DNA of 64,000 nt from Candidatus Bathyarchaeia archaeon (GCA_038870975.1 JAVZJD010000001.1:1001966-1065965), one strand, 5' to 3'. Numbered from the stretch's first letter, positions 40,819 through 51,247 are shown. The notes: generated by a model not told the origin, from the sequence alone. Numbers and translations are program-made.

Positions 40819-41895
40819 TTAAAATATGTTGCCTTTTACAGGATACTTTCCATAAATCGTCAATGTCTTAGTAATTGTCATAAATGCATCTTCAAGCAAG
40901 TCTACTGGAGCGTCTTCAGTCATTCCTATGATAACCCCATCCCCAGGGGCTATCTCCTCCAAAAGTTTAATCGTGTACTTTTCAATCACTTTAACACCGT
41001 AGTGTAGAATCGTCTCTGGAAAATTAACCCATATTATAAACTTGTTATTCCAACATTCTTTAGCCTCTTTAAGCGGTAAATCGCCCATAGGTGGAGGAGT
41101 GAAAGCCTCTACAATGTCTATGTTCATTGTTGCAATGTGGTATTTCAACTTCTTCAGCAATCCATCCATATGTACCGATAGCATCTTATTCTTAGCGTGG
41201 AGTATATCTGCGAACTTCTCAAGTAAAGGTATATAGTACGTTTCAAAAATCTTCGGGCTCATAACTAAGCCCGTAATCTGGTCCCCACACCATACGAATT
41301 CAGCCGGAGAATTGGCTATTATACGATATGTCTCTTCCTGCCTCTCAGCCATAATATGTATTAAATCTTCAATCCTCTCCCTATTTCTATAAAACTCTTT
41401 ACAGAGTCTTTCTAAACCCATATAATGAACCCATAATTTGCTAAAAGGCGTAGGATCAGCATTAGCAGTTAAAATACCACTATTTCCTACTTTCTCATCG
41501 AGTTCTACAAAATATCCATAATCAGGTTTATATACAGCGTCTTCCTCTATGAATCTTATAACTCTATAATCAGATGGTTCTTTAAACGGGTATTCTACTA
41601 TCCAGTTTTCACCAGCTTCAGGTCTTAAACCAGTTCTAATACGCATAGACATTGAGCCTACGGGTGTACTGTAAGTCCTATGCACAATATTTCCAATCCT
41701 TCTCTCCTCTACGTGTACATTTGGATGTTCAACTCTATAAACTGGTATCCAGGCGTACAGAATACCCATACCCATGCTTCTAAGTCTTTCTTCAGCAGAT
41801 GGGCTTATCCTAGCGATAGACCTATATGGAACAAAAGGAATATACTCAGGCTTACCACGGTGTAAAATCGCCATGATATTCTCTCTAATATTCAT
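40819..41895 (-). CDS. UroD/MtaA/CmuA-superfamily protein
   Basis: REN.MA.L....PEYIP; TPVG; MSP..F..YY.P; VHMDG; EAFTPPPMGD. Confidence 0.85.
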   Translation of the reverse strand: MNIRENIMAILHRGKPEYIPFVPYRSIARISPSAEERLRSMGMGILYAWIPVYRVEHPNVHVEERRIGNIVHRTYSTPVGSMSMRIRTGLRPEAGENWIVEYPFKEPSDYRVIRFIEEDAVYKPDYGYFVELDEKVGNSGILTANADPTPFSKLWVHYMGLERLCKEFYRNRERIEDLIHIMAERQEETYRIIANSPAEFVWCGDQITGLVMSPKIFETYYIPLLEKFADILHAKNKMLSVHMDGLLKKLKYHIATMNIDIVEAFTPPPMGDLPLKEAKECWNNKFIIWVNFPETILHYGVKVIEKYTIKLLEEIAPGDGVIIGMTEDAPVDLLEDAFMTITKTLTIYGKYPVKGNIF

Positions 41896-41953
41896 CTACT
41901 AACACCAGAAAGGGAGATATTTTATATAGGAATAAGGAGATTGTTTCTAAATT

Positions 41954-43372
41954 ATGAGTTTTACCTTTAAACCTAGGCTCAACATTGGAGACATCGTTCC
42001 TAAGCGGCTCATAGAAACTATGCATGAGAGGGCTTTAGAAGTCCTCGAAAAGGTAGGGATCAAAGTCACAAATAAGCTTCTCATAAGACGGATAATAGAA
42101 CGTAACGGGTTTAAACTAGACAGGGAATGGGTGAAAATTAAAAGTAGCCTAGTTGAAGACTTAGTCGTAGAAGTTAGACGGAAACGAAAGCATAGTATGA
42201 TGCGTAGTTTAAGTGAGGAAGAGCTTATACTTTCACCTGGGTATCCAGGTTGTTCTTGGATAGTAGACTTAGAGACAGATACCATAAAACCTTTAACAAC
42301 TGAAAAACTCGTAGAAGCCACTAAGCTTACGGATTCGCTTTACGAGTGGGGCGTTAGAGGAGGGGCTCCAGGGGCTCCCGTAGATGTACCGCCTAAACTG
42401 CGGAGGGTTGCGCAGTGTTTAATAGGTTATACGTATAGCCGTTCAGCTGGCCCGGCTCCATTTGAAAGTTACGAGGAGGCCGTCTATATTAAGCGTATGG
42501 CTGATGTTATGGGTCATGGTTTCGGGGTGGACGTGTACGTAATAAGCCCCCTCCGTCTTGAAGGCATATCTTTAGATAGGGCTATACCGTTCTTAGAGAA
42601 TGGGGAATGTGATTGGGTGGGAATAACGTCTATGCCGCTTGCAGGTGCTACGGCACCAGTATATCCAGTGGGGGCATTTATCCAAGGTATAAGCGAGGCT
42701 TTAGGTGGATACGCCATACTTCACGAAGCCTACCCAGACATACCTATGGGCTTCAGTGTAAATGCCTACCACTTCGATATGCGCCATGGTAACATAGTAT
42801 TCGGGTCTCCTGAGCAGACCCTAATGGACTTATTTAGCATAGTGTTAAACATGTTTTACGGTGGAGGACTGCACGGGGTTAGATCTTTCAGAACAGTTGC
42901 AAAACAAGTAGACATACAGGCGCAAGTTGAAAAAGCCTCTTCAGCCACGGTTGGAGTATTAACAGGACCTGGCGCATTTATCCATGCTGGCCTACTGAGT
43001 ATAGATGAGATCTTTAGCCCCGTACAATTGATCATAGACTGCGAATTGGCTAAGTATTTAACTAGGCTTGCTAAAGGTTTAGAATTTACGGAAGATCAAA
43101 TAGAACTGTCAATTGAAACAATAGCCAGGTGTGCTCTCAAGGGTCAGTATTTAACAGATGAAACGACTCTGAAAGATTACAGGAGGATATATTGGACTCC
43201 CGAAATATTCGACTATTCCCTACTTCACACATACAAACCAGGTCCAGATATAATAGCGAAAGCCAAGAAAATATGTAAGGAGAAGATCCAAACACATAGG
43301 TATCAGCTTGAAGACGAAAGAAGGAAAAAACTAGAAGAAATATATCGAGAGGCTGTTAAAACGCTATCTTAG
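41954..43372 (+). CDS. MttB-superfamily methyltransferase, non-pyrrolysine (divergent)
   Basis: MHERALEVLEKVGI; ISPLRL; GATAP; FGSPE; K.VD.QA..EK; FSPVQLIIDCE. Confidence 0.88.
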   Translation: MSFTFKPRLNIGDIVPKRLIETMHERALEVLEKVGIKVTNKLLIRRIIERNGFKLDREWVKIKSSLVEDLVVEVRRKRKHSMMRSLSEEELILSPGYPGCSWIVDLETDTIKPLTTEKLVEATKLTDSLYEWGVRGGAPGAPVDVPPKLRRVAQCLIGYTYSRSAGPAPFESYEEAVYIKRMADVMGHGFGVDVYVISPLRLEGISLDRAIPFLENGECDWVGITSMPLAGATAPVYPVGAFIQGISEALGGYAILHEAYPDIPMGFSVNAYHFDMRHGNIVFGSPEQTLMDLFSIVLNMFYGGGLHGVRSFRTVAKQVDIQAQVEKASSATVGVLTGPGAFIHAGLLSIDEIFSPVQLIIDCELAKYLTRLAKGLEFTEDQIELSIETIARCALKGQYLTDETTLKDYRRIYWTPEIFDYSLLHTYKPGPDIIAKAKKICKEKIQTHRYQLEDERRKKLEEIYREAVKTLS

Positions 43373-43462
43373 AAATAGTTTTGCTGTTTAACATTATGAA
43401 GTCTTCCTTTAGTCTTTATTATTAGACTCGTCTGACTTTTTTATGCGTTTGCAAGAATTTTA

Positions 43463-43784
43463 TTGCAAATCTTTGGAAGAAAATCTTCGGTGTCTGTAGG
43501 GGAGCTTATTCAAATGTCCATTGTCATAACGAATAATGGAACTGCGACTGCATTCGACATCTCGTTAAAAGATACGCCTTCCGAGGGATTTCAAGTGGTT
43601 TCAGGAGTATCCACAACATTCTATAGTGAATTATCACCATCTGAATGTCGATCATGTAACTGCACAGTAAAAAGTATCGAAAGAGGGGACGTATATGCTT
43701 CCTCCAATTATAGTCACGTATAAAGACCAAGACCAAACAATATATACGGCTACATCAAACGCTGTAAAGACATCTGTTGGATGA
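43463..43784 (+). pseudogene. Frameshifted BatD/DUF11-like Ig-fold domain remnant
   Basis: VGE...I.ITNNGTATAFDI.L.D in one frame; after GGGG at 43685-43688 the domain continues in another frame as TYMLPPIIVTY...TATSNAVKTSVG*; no signal peptide. Confidence 0.65.
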
Positions 43785-43938
43785 AGATATTTTCCTATCT
43801 ATATTGTAAACAAAGTTTTATCCATTTAGAATTTATGATATTATTCTTAGAAATTTTTCTAAAATTTTCCGGTCATTATTGGAAAACTATGATTTTTAAG
43901 TTGGAGAAAACTTTTATACCTAAACTCGTAATATTTTA

Positions 43939-44214
43939 GTGGTAGATATGCTCTTCATAACTTTGTGTAGATTTAGAAAAAAGCCTACGAAAGAAACCAT
44001 AGCTGAAGCTCAGAGGCTTCTTGAAGAAGCAACTAAAGAAGGTGCTAGGATTTTAGGTGTATACTGGGTTTTAGGTCGGTATGATGTAGTTCTCATATCT
44101 GAATGTCCCGACGAAAAAACACATATGAAAATAGCCATAAAATTCGGAGATATAGTCTCAACGGAAAGTCTTGTAGCAGTCTCCTCCGAAGAGGCGGTAA
44201 AGCTCCTCACGTAG
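43939..44214 (+). CDS. GYD-domain protein
   Basis: YWVLGRYDVV...E.PD; STESLVA. Confidence 0.9.
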   Translation: MVDMLFITLCRFRKKPTKETIAEAQRLLEEATKEGARILGVYWVLGRYDVVLISECPDEKTHMKIAIKFGDIVSTESLVAVSSEEAVKLLT

Positions 44215-44431
44215 CTATTAGAAAAAGGCTTCAAAAAATCAAAAGTAATATCTATATGTTTAGTTTAACTAGATTTAAATACCATGAGAAATGTTGAAAA
44301 TTTTGAGAAGGTTGGTATTTAGTCTTATCATCTTCTGCATATTTTGAGATTCATATTGCTACATTATTTTTAAGTCGTCAGGGAAATTAAAATATAGTAG
44401 TCCTTGATAAGTATCATTTGAGTGTCAACTT

Positions 44432-44803
44432 ATGGGTCATATATGGGTGAATGTCAAACTCTTAAATCCTAAAACGGGCGGTGAAATTGAGACTAAAGCG
44501 CTTATCGATACAAGTGCAACGTATACCGTTGTCCCAGTGGAGATCGCTAGAAAACTGGGTCTTGAAAACCTTGGCTTTGTAGACGTGAAAACAGCTAGCG
44601 GTAGTGAAAGGCTTTGGGAGTCGGAGGTTAGAATAAGAATGTTTGATAGAGAGAGATCGTCACCAATACTCGTAAGCGAGAAGATGGATGTTCTATTGAT
44701 TGGCGTCGTAACCTTAGAAATACTCAGGCTGAAAGTGGATCCGACGACGGGTATAGTCGAAGAGCTTCCACTCCTTCTATACACGGTCTACATAAGAGGA
44801 TAG
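44432..44803 (+). CDS. Clan-AA aspartyl protease family protein (DTS instead of DTG)
   Basis: MGHIWV; ALIDTSATYTVVP; LIGVVTLE.L.L.VDP.TG. Confidence 0.85.
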   Translation: MGHIWVNVKLLNPKTGGEIETKALIDTSATYTVVPVEIARKLGLENLGFVDVKTASGSERLWESEVRIRMFDRERSSPILVSEKMDVLLIGVVTLEILRLKVDPTTGIVEELPLLLYTVYIRG

Positions 44804-44860
44804 CGTAGTGATGGTGAGGCTGTAGGGCGTCTTAGGTGGTCTTCAGGTGTTTTAATGATG

Positions 44861-46264
44861 TTACGTACCTGTTGTAATTCCCTCTCTAGACAGTATCGAC
44901 CTGGCGACTATTACACCAGATACTGATGCCTGCATGAGCCCACGTGTTATACCAGCCCCATCGCCTGCTACGTAGAGGTTTTTAATGTCTGTTTCAAGGT
45001 TTCGATCTAGCTTTATTCTAGCCGAGTAAAATTTAACCTCTACACCGTAGAGTAGTGTGTGGTTTGAGAAGACACCTGGCGTAACTTTGTCAAGAGCTTC
45101 AAGCATTTCAAGTATATCCGTTAAATACCTGTAGGGAAGTACGAAGCTTAAATCTCCAGGAGTGGCGTTTTTCAAAGTAGGTTTAACTATGCTACGGTTT
45201 ATGCGGTCTTCAGTAGACCTTCTCCCATTTTTAAGATCTCCAAGCCTCTGGATTATAACACCGCCGCCTATTATGTTGGCGAGCCTCGCTATGTACTTAC
45301 CGTAGGCTATAGGCTCTTTAAATGGCTCCGTGAAAGATACACTTACTAAAACCGCAAAATTGGTATTATCAGTCTTCTTCTCCGAATAGCTTTGACCGTT
45401 AACAGTTAGGACATCATCATATATCTCTGTTATTACTTCTCCATGTGGGCATACGCAGAAAACCCTAACCATGTCGTCAAAAGACTTAGAGTAGAATTGA
45501 AACTTCGGCTCGTATAATACGTCTGTCAAAGGCTCCATAACGGCTGATGGTACTTCAACTCTAACACCTAAATCAATCGGGTTGTTTTCAAGACGCAATT
45601 GGAAACGTCTAGCCTCTTTCTGAAGCCACTCTGCACCGCTTCTACCTGGAGCTAGTACAATGTATCTGGCCCTGTAAACCTCTCCATCAGATGTCTCAAC
45701 GCCGATAGCTTTACCATTCTCTACGAGAAGTTTAGCAACCTCCGCTCTAAATTTAACTTCAACCCTATCATCTAAGTATTTTCTAGCAGCTTCTAACACG
45801 TCGCGGGCTTTATCTGTACCCATGTGTCTTAAAGTCATAGGTATAAAGTTCAACCCTGCTAAGACCGCCTTTCTCCTAATGTTTTCTAGGAAGTCGGTTT
45901 CACCAGTATAGACTTTATCTGGTACACCAAACTTCCTATAGAAAGCATCCACATATTTCACAAGATTTTCAAGCTCTTCTCTAGGTAGATAGTCCGTAAG
46001 CCACCCTCCTACGTCTGGAGAGAGTATGAGCTTTCCATCGCTGTACGCTCCAGCCCCTCCCCAACCGTTAAGAAGATTGCATGGTTTACACTGTTTATTG
46101 CAGACTCCATATGTTAAAGCCGGGCATCTGCGATTTCTAATGTCTAAACCCTTCTCAAGCATTAAAATCGAGAGGTCGCTCTTCTCCGATAGCTCTAATG
46201 CGGTGAATATTCCAGCTGGCCCACAACCAACTATTACTACGTCGTACAGAGCAATCCCAACCAT
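44861..46264 (-). CDS. FAD-dependent oxidoreductase (uncharacterised family)
   Basis: VGCGPAG; GWGGAGAYSDGKL; GVRVE; GDGAGITRG. Confidence 0.88.
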   Translation of the reverse strand: MVGIALYDVVIVGCGPAGIFTALELSEKSDLSILMLEKGLDIRNRRCPALTYGVCNKQCKPCNLLNGWGGAGAYSDGKLILSPDVGGWLTDYLPREELENLVKYVDAFYRKFGVPDKVYTGETDFLENIRRKAVLAGLNFIPMTLRHMGTDKARDVLEAARKYLDDRVEVKFRAEVAKLLVENGKAIGVETSDGEVYRARYIVLAPGRSGAEWLQKEARRFQLRLENNPIDLGVRVEVPSAVMEPLTDVLYEPKFQFYSKSFDDMVRVFCVCPHGEVITEIYDDVLTVNGQSYSEKKTDNTNFAVLVSVSFTEPFKEPIAYGKYIARLANIIGGGVIIQRLGDLKNGRRSTEDRINRSIVKPTLKNATPGDLSFVLPYRYLTDILEMLEALDKVTPGVFSNHTLLYGVEVKFYSARIKLDRNLETDIKNLYVAGDGAGITRGLMQASVSGVIVARSILSREGITTGT

Positions 46265-46439
46265 AAAAGTGAGGCGACGTATATTAAAGTTTACCAGTTA
46301 TAAATCTTAGTCAGCTGACAGCGGATAACACCCAATCTATTGAACATATTTATTATAAAAACTTTTAAATCTTTCAAATATTTTGCATAAAATTGTGAAA
46401 AATTAAGCATTTCCCTTCTATGCATAGGTTGATGGGAGC

Positions 46440-47717
46440 GTGGAGATGTTGAACGCGAAAAACTTAGTAGTCGGTTTAATAATAGGTCTCATAATCGGAG
46501 CAGTTCTCGGCTATTCTATAAAACCAACAGGCCCGTCAAGTGAAGAATATGAAAGACTTAGAAACGACTACAACCGTGTTGTAGCTCAACTTGAGAGCGT
46601 TACGGCTGAGCTTCAAAACTTGAAAAAACCGCTAAAAGTAGGGTTTATCTACGTTGGTCCAGTTGGAGACTGGGGCTGGAGCCATGCTCACGATGTCGGA
46701 AGAAGATATATTGAAAGTATTTTCCCATGGGTTGAAACAGTCTACGTTGAAGCAGTCCCAGAGGGAGACTGCCCTAAAGTGATAGATAGGCTGATAGATG
46801 AAGGGTGCGACGTCGTCTTTACAACAAGCTTCGGCTTCATGGATGCGACGGTGGAGGCGGGTGAGAAGTATCCAAGCAAGATCTTCTTCCATTGCTCAGG
46901 CTATAAGAGACGTGCTAACGTAGGTACATACTTTGCTGAGTTTTACCAACTCTACTACTTAAACGGACTAATGGCTGGTGCTTTGACGAAGTCAAATAAA
47001 GTGGGCTACGTAGCCGCGCATCCAATTCCAGAAGTAGTTAGACATATTAATGCATTTGCTTTAGGCGTTAAAGAAGTTAACCCGAATGCCGTTGTAGATG
47101 TTCGTTGGATCTTTTCTTGGTATGATCCGTCTGCTGCTAGGGAGGCTGCCGAGTCGCTTATAGCTTGGGGGGCTGACGTTTTAGCATTTACAGAAGATTC
47201 TCCAACAGTAGTGCAGGTTTGCCAGGAATACTACAATAGGGGTAAATCTGTCTACTGCTTCGGACACTACAGTCCAATGCAGAATTTTGGTCCAGACGTA
47301 TGCGTGAGTGGACAGTTAGTACACTGGGAGGTTATATATGCGGATATACTCAGTAAAATACGTAGCGGCTACTACAATTCTACAAATCTGGCCAATGTTG
47401 ACTATTGGTGGATGCTTCGAGAGGGAGCTGTGGAGCTTGGCGGCGAATACGGTGTCCCAATAAACCCGAAGTTTATACCAGTGTTAAACAGTACCTATGT
47501 AGATCACCCAGAGTTTGGTAGAATAAGCGTCTACAACCTCGTCATGAAGAGGTTGAATCAGATGTCTGAAGATACTGTCGTCTTCGACCCATTCACAGGC
47601 CCAATATACGATAACAAGGGTGTATTAAGGGTTGAAGCTGGTAGACGAATGACGCACGATGAACTTTGGACGATAAACTGGTTTGTAGATAACATTGTTG
47701 CAAGTGTTCCAGTATAG
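46440..47717 (+). CDS. BMP-family ABC substrate-binding protein (purine/nucleoside type)
   Basis: KVGFIYVGPVGD.GWS.AHD.GR; TTSFGFMD; IPEVVRHINAFALG. Confidence 0.92.
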   Translation: MEMLNAKNLVVGLIIGLIIGAVLGYSIKPTGPSSEEYERLRNDYNRVVAQLESVTAELQNLKKPLKVGFIYVGPVGDWGWSHAHDVGRRYIESIFPWVETVYVEAVPEGDCPKVIDRLIDEGCDVVFTTSFGFMDATVEAGEKYPSKIFFHCSGYKRRANVGTYFAEFYQLYYLNGLMAGALTKSNKVGYVAAHPIPEVVRHINAFALGVKEVNPNAVVDVRWIFSWYDPSAAREAAESLIAWGADVLAFTEDSPTVVQVCQEYYNRGKSVYCFGHYSPMQNFGPDVCVSGQLVHWEVIYADILSKIRSGYYNSTNLANVDYWWMLREGAVELGGEYGVPINPKFIPVLNSTYVDHPEFGRISVYNLVMKRLNQMSEDTVVFDPFTGPIYDNKGVLRVEAGRRMTHDELWTINWFVDNIVASVPV

Positions 47718-47784
47718 GTTTTTATCTTCCCCCTCATTTTTTCTTCGAAGACGTGTGATTGCGTTTCAATGGGTGCGAGTAAAC

Positions 47785-49269
47785 ATGGATGACGAACCAC
47801 TCGTTAAAATGGTCGGGATAACGAAATTCTTCCCCAACGTTGTAGCGAACGATTCGGTAAATTTTGAGCTCAAGCGTAGCGAAATTCATGGCCTTCTCGG
47901 TGAAAATGGAGCTGGAAAAACGACGCTCATGAACATTCTCTACGGCATATATAAGCCTGATAAAGGTGAAATCTACATAGAGGGAAAACCAGCCCGTATA
48001 AAGTCTCCAAGAGATGCCATACGCCTCGGAATAGGTATGGTGTCTCAATTTCCAGATCTAGTTGAAAACATGACTGTAGCCGAGAACCTTGCTCCTCTTT
48101 TTCCAGGTAAAATTTTAAGAAGAGAGAGAATTAAGGAGATCTGTAGAATCGCTGAAGAATACGGCCTCCCAGTAGATGCAGAAGCAACGGTTTACGATCT
48201 TTCACTCGGAGAAAGACAGAGAGTTGAAGTTTTGAAGGCTCTAATACGTGGAGTTAAAATACTTATACTCGACGAACCTACGACGGTATTGACTCAAAGC
48301 GAGGTTAATTCTCTTTTCAAGGCTATTAGGAAGATGCGAAGTGAAGACAAGGGGATAATATTTGTGTCGCATAAGCTTCCGGAGGTTTTAGAAATAACGG
48401 ATAGAATTACTGTTCTAAGGAGGGGTAGGGTTGTTGCAACTCTCAAAACTCGAGAGACAAACGAAGAAGAGCTTGCAAAACTAATGGTCGGTAGAGCAAT
48501 AGTAAGGAAGTATGTGAGGGAAAAAACGGTTCCAGGTGAAGAAGTATTGAAAGTTGAAGATTTATACGTATTGAACGATAAAGGCGGACTGGCCGTAAAA
48601 GGCTTAAGCTTTTCAGTTAGGAGGGGTGAAATTTTCGGTATAGCTGGAGTATCTGGAAATGGTCAAAAAGAGCTGGTCGAAGCGCTTACTGGTCTTAGGA
48701 GGGTAGAGAAGGGTAGGATAATAATCGACGGAAGTGAATTAACCTCCCATCTTCAGTTTAGGAGAGTTGCCTCGCATATACCTGACGATAGAATTGGAAT
48801 GGGTATCCTGCCGTCATTAAGCGTTCTAGAAAACCTTGCCTTAATATCATATCGGCGTTTTTCTAAGTTTGGCCTTCTAAAATCTAAAGAGCTTGAACAG
48901 CATGCTAAAAACCTAGTTGAAAAGTATAGTATAATTACTCCTTCTCTTAAAGCACCCGTCTGGCAGCTGTCTGGGGGGAATTTAGCTAGGCTTATCTTAG
49001 CAAGGGAAACTTCTACAAATTACAGCCTCATAATAGCGGTCCACCCAACCTTCGGCTTAGATGTAGCTTCAACAGAGGAAACTTGGAAGCTTTTACTCGA
49101 GCTTAGAAAGAAAGCAGCTATACTTCTAGTCTCGGAAGATTTGGAGGAGATTATTCAACTAAGCGATAGGATAGGGGTTATGTACAGGGGAGAATTCATG
49201 GGCATACTGGAATCTGAAGAAGCAGACGCTGAGAAAATAGGATTAATGATGGGAGGTGTTAAAACATGA
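47785..49269 (+). CDS. Nucleoside/sugar ABC transporter ATPase (two NBDs)
   Basis: GENGAGKT; LILDEPT; LSGGN; start moved to ATG 47785. Confidence 0.93.
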   Translation: MDDEPLVKMVGITKFFPNVVANDSVNFELKRSEIHGLLGENGAGKTTLMNILYGIYKPDKGEIYIEGKPARIKSPRDAIRLGIGMVSQFPDLVENMTVAENLAPLFPGKILRRERIKEICRIAEEYGLPVDAEATVYDLSLGERQRVEVLKALIRGVKILILDEPTTVLTQSEVNSLFKAIRKMRSEDKGIIFVSHKLPEVLEITDRITVLRRGRVVATLKTRETNEEELAKLMVGRAIVRKYVREKTVPGEEVLKVEDLYVLNDKGGLAVKGLSFSVRRGEIFGIAGVSGNGQKELVEALTGLRRVEKGRIIIDGSELTSHLQFRRVASHIPDDRIGMGILPSLSVLENLALISYRRFSKFGLLKSKELEQHAKNLVEKYSIITPSLKAPVWQLSGGNLARLILARETSTNYSLIIAVHPTFGLDVASTEETWKLLLELRKKAAILLVSEDLEEIIQLSDRIGVMYRGEFMGILESEEADAEKIGLMMGGVKT

Positions 49270-50318
49270 TTAGAATTGAGGAGAGAAGGGAACAGTCTCT
49301 ACTCGTAAAAATAACTACGAAAATTGTAGCGGTACTCTTAGCATTGGGAATATCAGCAGTCATTTTCATGGGATATGGAATCAATCCAATATACGCTTTC
49401 TCAGTAATGTTCTCTAAATCGCTAACTTCATACGGTTTAAGCGAAGTCGTAACTAAATTTATACCGCTTGAACTTTGCGGATTAGGATTAATAGTTGCAT
49501 TTAAATCTGGTATGTGGAACATAGGTGCGGAGGGACAGCTTCTAATGGGTGCTGTTATGGCTACTTGGGTAGCCTTATTCATAGATGTTCCAGATTTTAG
49601 CCGTCTGCCGCTAATACTGATTTTAAGTATGGTTGGCGGACTTGCGTGGGCAATCATACCTGCCTTCCTTAAAGTAAAACTTGAAGTTAATGAGGTTATG
49701 GTGACACTTATGATGAACTACATAGCCAGTTTTCTAGTCAACTACCTCGTCTACGGTCCTTGGAAGGGGGCTAAAGAATGGGGCTTTCCCTATACGGATA
49801 AATTCCCAGAGTCCGCATGGTTGCCGACAATACCCAACACGAGAATACATTGGCCGACACTGATTATAGCATCGGTAGCAGTCTTTACAATGTTTCTAAT
49901 CATGTTTAAAACAACTTTGGGATTTGAAATGAGAGTATGCGGTCAGAGTAAGAGGGTTGCAGAGTACTCTGGAATGAATTATGCAAAAGCGTTAATTGTA
50001 AGCATGGCTATAAGCGGGGCCCTTGCTGGTTTAGCTGGTGCTGGAGAAGTATGTGGAATACACCACCGTTTAAGGTATGCATCTGCGATTTCCTCAGGTT
50101 ATGGATATTCAGGGATAATAGTTGCCTGGCTTAGCGGTCTACATCCGGCGGCTTCTCCACTCTCAGCTTTCTTCATAGCCTTCCTCCTAACTGGTGGAGA
50201 CATTCTACAGGTTTCCTTTGGGCTTTCCTCTGGAGTTGTCAACGTATTCAACGGTGTCATTCTATCTTCTCTACTAATTTCAGAGCTCTTCGGAAGATAC
50301 AGACTGAGGTGGAAATAA
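49266..50318 (+). CDS. Nucleoside ABC transporter permease
   Basis: WNIGAEGQ; NEV..TLMMNY; GYGYSGI.VA.L. Confidence 0.92.
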   Translation: MIRIEERREQSLLVKITTKIVAVLLALGISAVIFMGYGINPIYAFSVMFSKSLTSYGLSEVVTKFIPLELCGLGLIVAFKSGMWNIGAEGQLLMGAVMATWVALFIDVPDFSRLPLILILSMVGGLAWAIIPAFLKVKLEVNEVMVTLMMNYIASFLVNYLVYGPWKGAKEWGFPYTDKFPESAWLPTIPNTRIHWPTLIIASVAVFTMFLIMFKTTLGFEMRVCGQSKRVAEYSGMNYAKALIVSMAISGALAGLAGAGEVCGIHHRLRYASAISSGYGYSGIIVAWLSGLHPAASPLSAFFIAFLLTGGDILQVSFGLSSGVVNVFNGVILSSLLISELFGRYRLRWK

Positions 50319-51238
50319 TGGATCCTGCTACTGAGTTAATATCTATGGTTGTAAGTGCAGGCACTCCTCTTCTACTTTCAGCTTTGGGAGAGATATATGC
50401 GGAGCGCTCTGGAGTATTAAATCTAGGCGTAGAGGGAATGATGGCGCTAGGAGCTGTATTCGCTTTCTACTCAACCTTATTGACGAAAGAACCACTCTTC
50501 GGATTAATAGTAGCAATCTTAGCGGGTCTAGCGCTTGCATCTATACATGCCTTCGTTTCCATATCCATCCGTTCAAATCAAATAGTATCCGGTTTAGCAT
50601 TGTCAATGCTTGGAATAGGGTTAAGCTCTCTAATTGGGAAAAGCCTCATAGGTGTACCGTTAAAACAAACTATACGTAGATTTGAAGTACCCATTTTGAA
50701 GGATATACCGATTATTGGAGGGTTTTTCGTACAAGACTACTTAACCTACGCCTCATACCTCATGGTCTTACTGCTATGGTTTATCCTTTTCAAGACTAAG
50801 ATTGGAGTCTACATGAGAATGGTCGGTGAAAACCCTAGGGTCGCAGACACAATGGGAATAAACGTCTCAGTTGTCAGATACATTTGCACTCTCTTGGGAG
50901 GTGCTTTAGCAGGTCTAAGCGGAGCCTATTTAAGTATATACTATACGCCAGCTTGGATTGAGGGTATGACTGCAGGACAGGGGTGGATAGCTCTAGCTCT
51001 CGTAATATTCTCAGCGTGGAATCCACTTTACGCAGTTGCAGGGTCGTATCTTTTCGGAGGAATTAGGGTCTTACAGTATAGGTTACAGCCATATGGCTTC
51101 TCCCCACCTCTACTTCAAACTCTGCCCTACATCTCCACGATAGTTGTTCTAGTAATATTCAGCAGTAGTCGATTAAGGAGGAGACTTGGAGCTCCCTCAG
51201 CCCTTGGTAAACCATACTATAGAGGTGAGAAAACATAG
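50309..51238 (+). CDS. Nucleoside ABC transporter permease
   Basis: ERSGVLNLGVEG; GENP..AD..G; G.GWIALA; P.ALGKPY. Confidence 0.92.
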   Translation: MEIMDPATELISMVVSAGTPLLLSALGEIYAERSGVLNLGVEGMMALGAVFAFYSTLLTKEPLFGLIVAILAGLALASIHAFVSISIRSNQIVSGLALSMLGIGLSSLIGKSLIGVPLKQTIRRFEVPILKDIPIIGGFFVQDYLTYASYLMVLLLWFILFKTKIGVYMRMVGENPRVADTMGINVSVVRYICTLLGGALAGLSGAYLSIYYTPAWIEGMTAGQGWIALALVIFSAWNPLYAVAGSYLFGGIRVLQYRLQPYGFSPPLLQTLPYISTIVVLVIFSSSRLRRRLGAPSALGKPYYRGEKT

Positions 51239-51247
51239 CCTCTACTA

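Noticed and set aside
35765-43372. Pyrrolysine or selenocysteine recoding
   Set aside because: Both MttB frames are full length without an internal TAG; no pyl or sel genes were seen
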